DNA from: a bacterium
GTDB lineage: Bacteria; Omnitrophota; Gorgyraeia; Zapsychrales; Fredricksoniimonadaceae
Reading direction: 5' to 3'
Length of the DNA: 64,000 nt
NCBI GenBank assembly: GCA_021783915.1
Contig: JAJXTI010000001.1
Coordinates: 1,540-65,539 of the forward strand
Below the pieces are notes generated by a model. It searched no databases. It had not been told where the DNA came from and saw only the letters and a program-made list of their open reading frames with translations. The first letter of the stretch is position 1, and each line of letters starts with the position of its first letter. Shown here piece after piece: positions 28,661-38,129 of the stretch. The position numbers and the translations under genes were made by a program.

Positions 28661-28769
28661 AGTCTTTCCTCCGACTTTAGGTTAATAAATTTTTCATCGC
28701 CACATTTTCATAAAACACAAAAAACGGGCTTATTTAAGGCTCTTTATTATCCTTACTTTTTACTTCTTG

Positions 28770-31700
28770 TCAATCCCTCTGTTTCTGATACAGATTTGGA
28801 AGGATCGAAGGGGAAAACCAGTCGCCGCTGTGCCCGGAAGAACCTAAAAACAATCGCGAGGGATTTGGGATCGGCTGGAATTTGACAACTTGAAAATTAA
28901 ACCCTTGGAATGACTGAAGAGAAAGAGAATCCGGCTTGGGTGCTAAAAGACTTGATGCGCTGAATAATGAATTCTTGTTGTCTTTAAAAACAACTCTGCC
29001 GTTTATTGTTGAAAGATCTATCCCTCCGCTTTGAGCAGATGAAGAGGAGACTTGAGCCGCATTGACCACTTCTTTGATGCGAGCAACCGCATTGGACGAA
29101 CTGCCCCCGTTGGCAATACGCATTAATTGCGACATCCTTGAATTCGGTTCAAAAATATCCGTCTCCACCTTAGGAGAACCATCAATTTCGGAATCAGCTG
29201 CCTGAAGGACTTCATACAACGCCCTTAAACTTTGTTCTTCTACCTGCCTGCCATCTCTTTTCCTTAAATTACCCCATTCAGTGCGTTCATCCAAATAATC
29301 ATTGATTTCTTCCTTAAAATCAACTGGATCAGTGATCTGATGCTGGATAATTAACGGGTTTAGTAAATCCCATTCCAAACTTAAAGGTAAAGTTTCCCAT
29401 AATTCGTTCTTGTCCATATATTCGGCAATATCCGTCAACACTTTCACAGCGTCCCTGGCAATGGCTATTCTTCCGTTTAAAACCGGATACTGCTTAAAGG
29501 TACGGATTTTCGGCAGAAATCTTTCTACTAAAATGGCCCATACTCCTTTTTTATACGATTTTTTGTCTCTTTCCAGATCAGCAATGTCCAGATTTCTATA
29601 AATGTGGTAGGCCTCCGAGTAAGTCTTTGAGGAGGCCATTTCTCCTGCGGTATCAACAAAGCTGAATTCTTTTAGATCCTCCCCATTAACTTTTGCTCCG
29701 GCCATTCTAATGCCTTTGACCGGAAAATACGGCATCAGGCCAAAATAGGCATCCTGTGTATAGACGAGGATATGCCCGTCCACTGGATGGGCCTTGGATG
29801 TTGGGTCTTTTCTTGCAAACCGGTACCCATCCTTGATCGCTAGGTCAAGCAAGAAATATTCCAGGCCCTTCTGACTGGAAGCATATTTTCCATGAAAAAC
29901 AAACATAACGTTTAAATCATCCCAGGATTTTGCATGCGGCATCTTTTCATATTTCTTTTTAGCTTTCAATAACGCATACAGATATGCATTGCCGCTCCCC
30001 TTGTGCTCCGACGGCACGAAAATGACAGGAACGTCGTTTCTGATTAAAGTCCCCCGCCTGCTGCTCTCATACTCATCAAGATTGGAAGAATCATCAGGAT
30101 TTTCTGATACTATGACGATCAGGCCTACGGTGGGCTTGCCAGATGCCAACTCAATCCTGGCTTGCTCGTCGCCTTCACGATTGGACATCGCAACAATATC
30201 TTTTTCCCCCTGCTCACTTACCGTTATCTTTCTTTTCCCAGGTGGGTTAAGGGTTTTTTCTAATTCAATATCTTGTTTTCCGAGGGATGCCTCGGTGTCT
30301 TTTTTCCAAGCTATTTCTAATTTTGTAAAGACATGTCCCCAAGATGTAAAATAGGTAATGGTAAAAAACAACGCCGTGCCAACCAATGAAAATCTTGCCC
30401 CTAAGAATTTGTACCCTAAAATAATCGCCCCTATTGAGACAGCCAGCCAGGCGGCTCCAAGCACATATTTCATTTTTCCAAAGAAAGTACCCAGCCTCGA
30501 TTGATGGCGCACATCCTGTGTCAAAGGATTGGTCAAACTCCCTCCCCTTTTGCCGGCACTCTCCAATAATTCTTTGCTTTTAAACAGGATCCTGGCTTTA
30601 TCCGGATATAATCCCATGAGTTCATTGCCTTGGTCTAATGTTGAGGAAATGTCTTTCATAATTTTTCTGCTTGAGACATTCCAAAGCCTGGTCTCACCTA
30701 AAATAAATCGAGAAATTTTGGCCCAAGGCCATTCCGTAGGATGCCTGTTTGAAAATTTATACCGTATAACCTCATCAATGTTCCCGCGATGGGACAAAAC
30801 ACTGCGGTAAGTGACGACGTAGTCGATATACCTCTTAAAAATTTCATTCTGAGCCAGTAACTGTTCCCGTTGGGTATCATCTAAATCCTGGCCCTTTAGA
30901 CGATCCTTGATGATTTCACGCGTATCAAGGGCCAGAACTAAAACATAGTCAAATGTCCTCGAATAATTCTCCTGTTTTAAAGCCTCTTGGCCTCCTTCTG
31001 CCCCTTCCCTGCTGTTCATCAACTCAGGTGTATAGGGCATTTTCATCAGGGCTTCTTCAAAACGGTTAAGCACTGTATTGAACTCAGGGATCAAGACCTC
31101 CGCCTTTACTTGGCTTTCTTTGTCCCAATCAGCAACTAAATCATACCAAATTCTTAAAGCCGGCATGGTAAACTCATACTCATTTTTAGGTGGGGGGACA
31201 TCAAGCATGCTCTCAATGACCCTCGCATGATTTCTACCGTTAGTATGGGGGCGGCCATAAAATCTTCTATATATTCTTCGATTTAGGCTGGCGGAACCCG
31301 CGAAATGTCTGAAGATCCTTCCATACATTCTTTTTAAAAAACTGACCGTAAGGGCCGCTCCACATAAAAATATAACACTTAACTCGCTCTTGGATATCAT
31401 GGGGATGTGTTGATCATTGGTCCTTATCTTCCCGGCAATGTCATCCCGTATTGACTTTAGATCCTCAAGCATAGATTTAACCTGAGGGTCTTTGGCGGTA
31501 TTTAAGCACTCCAAAAAATATGCGTCAACCTTTCTGGGATCTGTTTCCAGCGTAATCCTATGCTCAATTTTCACCCACTCATCCTTGACCCTGGTCTCCA
31601 TCTTGCGGTAACCTGACCACGGGGTCCAAATACTCTGCTTCTTATCATAAACCAGCCATGCCCTGCTTAACGCTACCACATTAATCCGCGCCTCTTTGAT

Positions 31701-34700
31701 AGATCCCTCAGGTAATAAATGTAATTCTCCGGCGGAATAGGCTTGTAGGCCCACTAATGAATATTCCTCTTGCCCCGTTCTGGTGGCCATTTTATTTAAA
31801 GCATCCCTATAGATCCTTTTAACAGCAGCATTTGTCATCTTAGGCATGTCTGTCATCGCAATCTGTTTCCATGGACGCTGTTCAATTAAACCAAGGAGGT
31901 TGGCCTCTGAGCTCTCCAAGTATGTCCGCAAAACCAACGCTCGTCCTAGATCTGAGCCCATTAAACGATCCAGTGCAACATTACGCAGAGGAGTTGAAGA
32001 TGTCGGAAGCTCAAAAATTTGGTTCACTTCTGAAATATCTGCTTTATTTATGTAAGCTTCTTGATCCCCTCTCACTGATTCCCCTGGCCTTCCATTTAAT
32101 CCCAGAATCTTTAAATAATCTTCTTCGTAAGATGTCCTCGGAGCGGAAAGATCATACAATGGATCTCCCCCTTCAATCCCTGAGGCATTATTGAGGGTCT
32201 TTTGCGTTTCCTGGAGAGAGCTGTCGTACAGCATGGGAAGAACATTTTGTATGTTTCGCCAATCAGGAGAAGTTTTAAGATAATTTTCAGCATCTTGCTC
32301 ATTAGCGGCGATTTGAACACTAGTAATGACATCTGTTGTAAAAAATGCGTCGATGATTCCAAGATTATCAAAACCTCCCAAGATATAAACGTCATCAATA
32401 TCTGCCAAGGCCACCTTCCTTAAAATTGTATCATGGATCAAATCACGCAATCTCTTGGCCCTGCTGACATCCTGTCGGGTCTCCTGATTGTCAATATAAG
32501 CCCCCATCTGATGGTATATTTTGGCTAAATCATCAGTGTCCCAAAAATCGCTTTGTAAAATATTTTCTGTAGCAATCGAATATTTCGGTTGCTGGGACAG
32601 GAGGGTCAAAAAAACCTTGTTGGCTATTTCAGGAGATACTTGCGGGGATAACGCCGTAGGTGTTAAATTTGTCAAAACTTCCGGATGCAGGGTGATCATG
32701 TGGTCCAGGGCTTGAAACCCAAGGCCGGCAAGAAGAGGATTATTATTTTTCTCAGCTCCATCAATGGTTTGCATAAAAAACCCGACATCCCGATCCCTGC
32801 GTCCGCTCATGTATTTTAAAAGTTTCCAGATGACCTCAGGATATGGCGAATGATTAAGAACGTCTTTTAAGGCCGGAAGGAATTCTCCCTTGCTCTGGTA
32901 TTCAGTCAAAAAATGATCCAAGTCCTCCGCGCGCATATAAATATTAGGTTCACTGATTAAAATTTTTTTCATCTCTGCCAGCGGGCGCGGGTGCATCAAG
33001 GCCCAAGTGCTGGGGACATCGCTGTATACATGATAATTCACAGATCCCGGAACCAAAACTTGGCCCTGCAGTGGATTCGGGCCATTAATTGAAATACCCT
33101 CCGGAGGCCCAGGCAAAGCCAGCAACGGTGACGCCGTAAACCAATTAGTTGAAAGATGTCCTCCGATCGCTGAGGACACGGCCAAGGCAAAACGATTATC
33201 CAGATCAGTGGAATTGTCCTCTCCTAATACGCGCATTTCCCTTAAACGCGCTTCCTCTTTCAGATATTGGGCTTTAAGATCAATGAGGAGTGCGGCTTGT
33301 TTGCTTATTTGAATACGTTCCTGGCTGATTTGATAAGGCAAATATAAACCGGATTCCTCTTTCATTTTCCAGACAGAAAAAGCATCTTGATAAGCCTTTT
33401 CAGATTCCTTGATCTGCCGGCTTAAAAAATTAATGTTATTCACCGCCTCTTTGAGTTCTTCAGACAGCCTTACTTTGGTTGCCTTTATATTTAAATCAAT
33501 TCTTTTCTTTTCCAAGGCCATGATCTTTGTTTCTGCTTTAAGTCTGGAATTAAATATAGGAATATTGAACTGCGCGCCTAAATTATTGTTGCGAGTTACT
33601 TCGGAAGTCCGTTGGAGATATTCATTGTCGGAAATATTATGGATCGCGCTGGTAGCGGAACCCCCGTTGATTTCAATGTCCTGCGCGTAAAGAGTGGGCA
33701 GTTTTTCCAGTCCCTGCAATTGCGCTGCCAAATCCGTTGACTGGCCCGTGATCAGCGCCTCCTGCATCCTTGGATTGGGACTGTCCTTGCCGGTCAACTC
33801 CTTCTCCATCAGGTTTTGAGCGGCCACATCAATGGAAGAAAATTCTTTTCCCCAGGGCAGAGAAGCAGCTATAGGCCTGTCAAAATTAATATGGCCGTTT
33901 GCGTCCGGACCCATAAAACTATTTAAGGCCACCGTCCAATTCTGAAGATCATCCTCGAGAGCCAAGCGCTGGGCATGAATATTTTGGATCGCAAGATCAT
34001 ATTCGCTGTTTTCCACAGGCAGACTGAAGACCCCTGCCTGGCGTTTGAGCATCGCTTCCTTGGCCTTTTGCGATTCAGATTCCAACGCTTTCAATTGTTC
34101 GATTTTTTGTTCAGCGCTGCCGATGTCGATCAACAGATCCTGGGCCTCCTTGACCTGCTGAAAGACCACTGTCTGCATATGATGGACAGCCAGGTCAGTC
34201 GCTTTTTGGGCCATCCTTGTTTCTTTGGCAACTTTACCAGTCAAAAGGTCCGTGATGTTGCCCAAAATCTGGGAGACAATCGGTGAGGAAGCTCCAAGGG
34301 CGTTGCCCGATTGAAGTCCTCCTCCTATCATATTATTAAACATCCCTCGGGCCCCTCCATCAAAAGTTAATTTCCCATCCTTAAAATAAACACCCCCGTT
34401 TAAACTAAACCGAGTGGCTTTAGGCAAGGCCTCAGCCAATTTTTTCTGGATAATTTCAATGTTTTGAGGGCCAATCGCCAATTCATTGGAGGCAACGGCC
34501 TGCCGCACGCCTGATAAATTCACAGCAAAAGATGGGGCCCCGGGCATAGTTAGCGACGTATTTGACCGTGCAGTCCCTGTAAATGCATAGGGTGAAATTA
34601 AAGAAAACAGGTCTTGCTGCTCAAAAGGAGGAGGCTGGTTTCCGCCAACCCCTGCAGGCATCGGTGTCATGCTGCTGGCGGTAAAAGCGCCGAAAGCGTC

Positions 34701-37700
34701 CAGAATGCTTTTTTTTTCATTCTCCATCGGCACAATGACCTTGACCGGTAAATCAGGATAAAGGATGTTTTGTTGGTCCACCGCCATGACCTCAAGGGAC
34801 TGGTATTTACTCAAGTCTATAGAAGAGGCAAAGGGGGTTTGATTGACGGCAACCACCCTTCCGGGCAAGAATATCCCTTGTACTGTTTCAATGGCTATAG
34901 GATCTCCATCATGGAATGGCATGCCTTGGGGAAATAAAACAGGACCTTTGACATCATTGATACCTCCTATCAGAACCTTGCCTGTGCCTATGGTCAAAAG
35001 CCTGTCTTCTGCTTGAAATACTTTTGAACCATAGGTCAATCCATGGACAAAGCCACTATGTGGAGCGCGGATGTTCATGCGTTCAATTTGTTCATAAAGA
35101 AGTTTACCCCGAGCCAGAAGCTCGGCCTTTTGCGTTTTCAAATTGTCCAATTCAGCGCGAGGTATCATACGCGAGGCTTCTGCCGTCCCTATCTCCATGT
35201 TCTTGGCGGCCAAGGCCAAGGAGATGCTTTGATATTCATCATCTAAATGCTTATGGTCAACAACAGCCACTATCTGCCCTTCCCTGACATTCTCTCCTTC
35301 ATAGACTAAAAACCGTACCTGTCCTTGCATAGGGGCCCTGACCACATACTCCTCAACTTGCCTGACCTGGGCGATCGTCGAAATTTTTCCCGTAATAGGG
35401 ACAAGGGTTTGACCCTGCGTTTGGGGAAAAAGAAAATCAGCATCCAAGCTAAAGGCCCCTTGCGCGTCAGCGGTAGGTGCCGATGGGAAAACCCCGACAA
35501 ATTTTAATTGGGCCTTTTGTTGCAGTGGGTCCAGGGACCAATCAATATTCATAATACTCTTGGCCGGCACCCCATTAATCTTAAAATTTTTGATCCTGTT
35601 AAAATAATTTACGTCAAGTGGCAGTTTGAAGCTGACTTGCAGCCGTTGATTGTCATAATACCTTGCTAGCCGATCGTTCTTCGCTACTTGTTGGCCAAGG
35701 GCCACCAGCCAGTCACCATCAACCGTCATATCATCAGCCGCAATGACAACAGCTGCCTCCTTTTCCTGGCTGGCCTTGTCTAATTGCTGGTTGATCTCCT
35801 CTTTTTCTTGTTGGACCTTGACGAGTTCTTGAAGGGTCGCCGCCTGTTGTGCATACAATCCTTTCAGTTCTGTCAGTCTTTTCGTGATGATTTCTTTTTG
35901 GGAGGTCAATTTTTCAATACGCTTTTCCAGTTCTAAATTCATGATAGAACATATTTCTTCCCCGGCCAAATAATGCTTTTTATCAGGATTCAGGCCTGTG
36001 ATGACCCCATCGCTTCCTGCCAGAATATTATCTTCTAAAGCCGTCACCGATACCTTTCGTAAAAAATGGAATCCGCCGACATCGGCCTGCGACGATGACC
36101 TTGCAAATGCAACAGGATGAGAGGTTGCAACAACAGCAAACGCAGGTAAAGGCGGTCTGACAACAGGAGTAAACTTACCAAAGGTGCTCGGTGATGTAGC
36201 GACCGCTGTAAAAGTGGTTGCTGGCTGAGCCACCGGCGCTGCTGGTTGAACAACTGGTGGCGTTACCTGAACCCCCGGTGCTGCTGGTTGAACAACTGGT
36301 GGCGTTGCCTGAGCCACCGGCGCTGCTGGTTGAACAACTGGTGGCGTTACCTGAACCACCGGTGCTGCTGATTGAACAACTGGTGGCGTTGCCTGAGCCA
36401 CCGGCGCTGCTGGTTGAACAACTGGTGGCGTTACCTGAGCTACCGGCGTAGCCGGAACAAAGCCTTGCCATTCTTGTTCTAACTGCCCTAATCTCTTTTC
36501 TTCAAATCCCAAAGACCCCATTATCATCAGGCGTTGACCACCCTTCATCCAGGGATCCCGCACTAACTGCCTTTTATAGGCCATATCTTCTTTGAGGCCG
36601 GTAATGTCTTTTTCGACTTGTTCCACAGAGGAATGGTGTTCTTGGGCGTGAAAGACATGAGACGGTATGGTATCGGCATTGGCCAGACGCACTCCTCCTG
36701 CCAGAAGCATTCCGGCCCACAAAGACATCAACGTCTTTCTCGATACGCCGATGGGGTTTAACAGCACAGTGATTTGAGCATAATCTTTCCCGAACATCCG
36801 CTGGGCCTCAGGCAATTCACCTATCAGGGCGGCAGGCCTGAATGTGACATGCTCGGACGCATGAGTAAAAGAAAATCCGCCTGAAAAATATTTACGGGGA
36901 ACCACTTGGTGCAAATTTTCATCATAATCCTCGCGGATAAAATTGTACGCCCCTTTTTTGAGGGCCCGGAGATATTGGGCGTATATTTTTTCTTTTATCA
37001 ACTTTTCATGCAACAAAATTCCGGAAGTCTTTTTCTTGTCCGCATACACATCCTTGATCAAATCTTCTTTTAATCTTTTCTTAAACCAAATCGCAAGGAC
37101 AAGTGAATTAAACATCTGACGCAGGGAAGCAAAATATTTTCCTTTATTGACCTCTCGTTCCAATTCGGGAATGATAAGCTCACGCATTAATTGAGTGGAC
37201 AAATAATCAACCTGCGAGTTTTTTTCTGACAGTTTCTTGAACCTGCTGCTGTTTTTCTGCATGCTCAAATAATCCTCTTCAACCATCACTTTCAACCGGC
37301 TTTCAGCTATAAAAGCTGAGCCGTTGCCCTCATACACCACGGCCTTATCAGGCACCACCCAGACTTTATTGAAACTCTTGATCGGTACCTTGGTACTGCC
37401 GTATTCAGCTCGGGCTCTGTCAAAAATCCTTTTCCAAAAAATTCTGCCTAATTCATGGTTGGGATAGGTGAGGGAAGATGCCAGCTGTTTAAGAATATAA
37501 TCCTGAACCAGCATGTCACGACCGGCATTGGTGCCTTCAAAATCGGAAGGGATGATATGTCCCTTTTCATAAGGTGAGAGATTCACCCACAGGTCTTCTT
37601 CCGGAAGGGTCAAAAAACCCAAAAAATATTTAATAAGAAGGTTGACTTGTTCTTGATCGAGTTTCTCGGTTTGATTTCGGCCCGGGACATCAACCACAAA

Positions 37701-37901
37701 ATTGATCTTAAAGGGATCCTTAGGGTCGATGGCGATGGCTTTGAACGTAGGCAGAGAAAAAGCCCGTGAGGGGGTCATCAACGTGCCTGCCGGTAGCATG
37801 ATATCATTGGGCTGTGCGGAAAAGGCTCTGGCAGCGTCCGTCCCTATAATGTGAACGCCAAAAACAACGATAAAGATCAAACGAAAGACATTTTTTCGCA
37901 T
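28770..37901 (-). CDS. giant (3043 aa) secreted/membrane multidomain protein with proline-rich tandem repeats, HlyD-like adaptor barrel, TolC-like coiled-coil region, internal TM helices and a large C-terminal region of unknown function
   Basis: Single uninterrupted 9132-nt ORF. N-terminal signal peptide. PPVVQPAAPVAQA repeats. Lipoyl/HlyD-like FLVYEGENVREGQIVAVVD...IRAPHSGFV. Long coiled coils resembling OMF repeats. Hydrophobic helices around aa 2250 and 2440. Confidence 0.85.
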   Translation of the reverse strand: MRKNVFRLIFIVVFGVHIIGTDAARAFSAQPNDIMLPAGTLMTPSRAFSLPTFKAIAIDPKDPFKINFVVDVPGRNQTEKLDQEQVNLLIKYFLGFLTLPEEDLWVNLSPYEKGHIIPSDFEGTNAGRDMLVQDYILKQLASSLTYPNHELGRIFWKRIFDRARAEYGSTKVPIKSFNKVWVVPDKAVVYEGNGSAFIAESRLKVMVEEDYLSMQKNSSRFKKLSEKNSQVDYLSTQLMRELIIPELEREVNKGKYFASLRQMFNSLVLAIWFKKRLKEDLIKDVYADKKKTSGILLHEKLIKEKIYAQYLRALKKGAYNFIREDYDENLHQVVPRKYFSGGFSFTHASEHVTFRPAALIGELPEAQRMFGKDYAQITVLLNPIGVSRKTLMSLWAGMLLAGGVRLANADTIPSHVFHAQEHHSSVEQVEKDITGLKEDMAYKRQLVRDPWMKGGQRLMIMGSLGFEEKRLGQLEQEWQGFVPATPVAQVTPPVVQPAAPVAQATPPVVQSAAPVVQVTPPVVQPAAPVAQATPPVVQPAAPGVQVTPPVVQPAAPVAQPATTFTAVATSPSTFGKFTPVVRPPLPAFAVVATSHPVAFARSSSQADVGGFHFLRKVSVTALEDNILAGSDGVITGLNPDKKHYLAGEEICSIMNLELEKRIEKLTSQKEIITKRLTELKGLYAQQAATLQELVKVQQEKEEINQQLDKASQEKEAAVVIAADDMTVDGDWLVALGQQVAKNDRLARYYDNQRLQVSFKLPLDVNYFNRIKNFKINGVPAKSIMNIDWSLDPLQQKAQLKFVGVFPSAPTADAQGAFSLDADFLFPQTQGQTLVPITGKISTIAQVRQVEEYVVRAPMQGQVRFLVYEGENVREGQIVAVVDHKHLDDEYQSISLALAAKNMEIGTAEASRMIPRAELDNLKTQKAELLARGKLLYEQIERMNIRAPHSGFVHGLTYGSKVFQAEDRLLTIGTGKVLIGGINDVKGPVLFPQGMPFHDGDPIAIETVQGIFLPGRVVAVNQTPFASSIDLSKYQSLEVMAVDQQNILYPDLPVKVIVPMENEKKSILDAFGAFTASSMTPMPAGVGGNQPPPFEQQDLFSLISPYAFTGTARSNTSLTMPGAPSFAVNLSGVRQAVASNELAIGPQNIEIIQKKLAEALPKATRFSLNGGVYFKDGKLTFDGGARGMFNNMIGGGLQSGNALGASSPIVSQILGNITDLLTGKVAKETRMAQKATDLAVHHMQTVVFQQVKEAQDLLIDIGSAEQKIEQLKALESESQKAKEAMLKRQAGVFSLPVENSEYDLAIQNIHAQRLALEDDLQNWTVALNSFMGPDANGHINFDRPIAASLPWGKEFSSIDVAAQNLMEKELTGKDSPNPRMQEALITGQSTDLAAQLQGLEKLPTLYAQDIEINGGSATSAIHNISDNEYLQRTSEVTRNNNLGAQFNIPIFNSRLKAETKIMALEKKRIDLNIKATKVRLSEELKEAVNNINFLSRQIKESEKAYQDAFSVWKMKEESGLYLPYQISQERIQISKQAALLIDLKAQYLKEEARLREMRVLGEDNSTDLDNRFALAVSSAIGGHLSTNWFTASPLLALPGPPEGISINGPNPLQGQVLVPGSVNYHVYSDVPSTWALMHPRPLAEMKKILISEPNIYMRAEDLDHFLTEYQSKGEFLPALKDVLNHSPYPEVIWKLLKYMSGRRDRDVGFFMQTIDGAEKNNNPLLAGLGFQALDHMITLHPEVLTNLTPTALSPQVSPEIANKVFLTLLSQQPKYSIATENILQSDFWDTDDLAKIYHQMGAYIDNQETRQDVSRAKRLRDLIHDTILRKVALADIDDVYILGGFDNLGIIDAFFTTDVITSVQIAANEQDAENYLKTSPDWRNIQNVLPMLYDSSLQETQKTLNNASGIEGGDPLYDLSAPRTSYEEDYLKILGLNGRPGESVRGDQEAYINKADISEVNQIFELPTSSTPLRNVALDRLMGSDLGRALVLRTYLESSEANLLGLIEQRPWKQIAMTDMPKMTNAAVKRIYRDALNKMATRTGQEEYSLVGLQAYSAGELHLLPEGSIKEARINVVALSRAWLVYDKKQSIWTPWSGYRKMETRVKDEWVKIEHRITLETDPRKVDAYFLECLNTAKDPQVKSMLEDLKSIRDDIAGKIRTNDQHIPMISKSELSVIFLCGAALTVSFLKRMYGRIFRHFAGSASLNRRIYRRFYGRPHTNGRNHARVIESMLDVPPPKNEYEFTMPALRIWYDLVADWDKESQVKAEVLIPEFNTVLNRFEEALMKMPYTPELMNSREGAEGGQEALKQENYSRTFDYVLVLALDTREIIKDRLKGQDLDDTQREQLLAQNEIFKRYIDYVVTYRSVLSHRGNIDEVIRYKFSNRHPTEWPWAKISRFILGETRLWNVSSRKIMKDISSTLDQGNELMGLYPDKARILFKSKELLESAGKRGGSLTNPLTQDVRHQSRLGTFFGKMKYVLGAAWLAVSIGAIILGYKFLGARFSLVGTALFFTITYFTSWGHVFTKLEIAWKKDTEASLGKQDIELEKTLNPPGKRKITVSEQGEKDIVAMSNREGDEQARIELASGKPTVGLIVIVSENPDDSSNLDEYESSRRGTLIRNDVPVIFVPSEHKGSGNAYLYALLKAKKKYEKMPHAKSWDDLNVMFVFHGKYASSQKGLEYFLLDLAIKDGYRFARKDPTSKAHPVDGHILVYTQDAYFGLMPYFPVKGIRMAGAKVNGEDLKEFSFVDTAGEMASSKTYSEAYHIYRNLDIADLERDKKSYKKGVWAILVERFLPKIRTFKQYPVLNGRIAIARDAVKVLTDIAEYMDKNELWETLPLSLEWDLLNPLIIQHQITDPVDFKEEINDYLDERTEWGNLRKRDGRQVEEQSLRALYEVLQAADSEIDGSPKVETDIFEPNSRMSQLMRIANGGSSSNAVARIKEVVNAAQVSSSSAQSGGIDLSTINGRVVFKDNKNSLFSASSLLAPKPDSLSLQSFQGFNFQVVKFQPIPNPSRLFLGSSGHSGDWFSPSILPNLYQKQRD
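36175..36471. repeat. ~42-nt in-frame tandem repeats (7 units) encoding TPPVVQxAAPVxQA inside the giant gene
   Basis: Repeating ccaccggcgctgctggttgaacaactggtggcgttacctga units with few substitutions. Confidence 0.9.
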
Positions 37902-38129
37902 GATCCATTTATAATCTATCCATATTAATTTAATATGAAGGTTAAATAAAATTTTGAATCCGGCACGTAAACGGCTGATTGAAAAGATGTTATGATGCAG
38001 AAATCATGTCCTGACATACCCGAATGTGAAGCGAAGGCATGCCGCAGATCATGGAAATGAAATTTTTTATACCCGATTTACGCAGGGTTATCTAGAATGT
38101 TTTTCTAAATATACTCCAGTTTCTGGGCG

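Noticed and set aside
36175-36471. Tandem 42-nt repeats considered as a possible CRISPR or minisatellite
   Set aside because: They are in frame inside the giant ORF, have no unique spacers, and encode a Pro/Val/Ala-rich linker. The mirrored antisense ORFs 36218..36451 and 36175..36471 are artefacts of the repeat.
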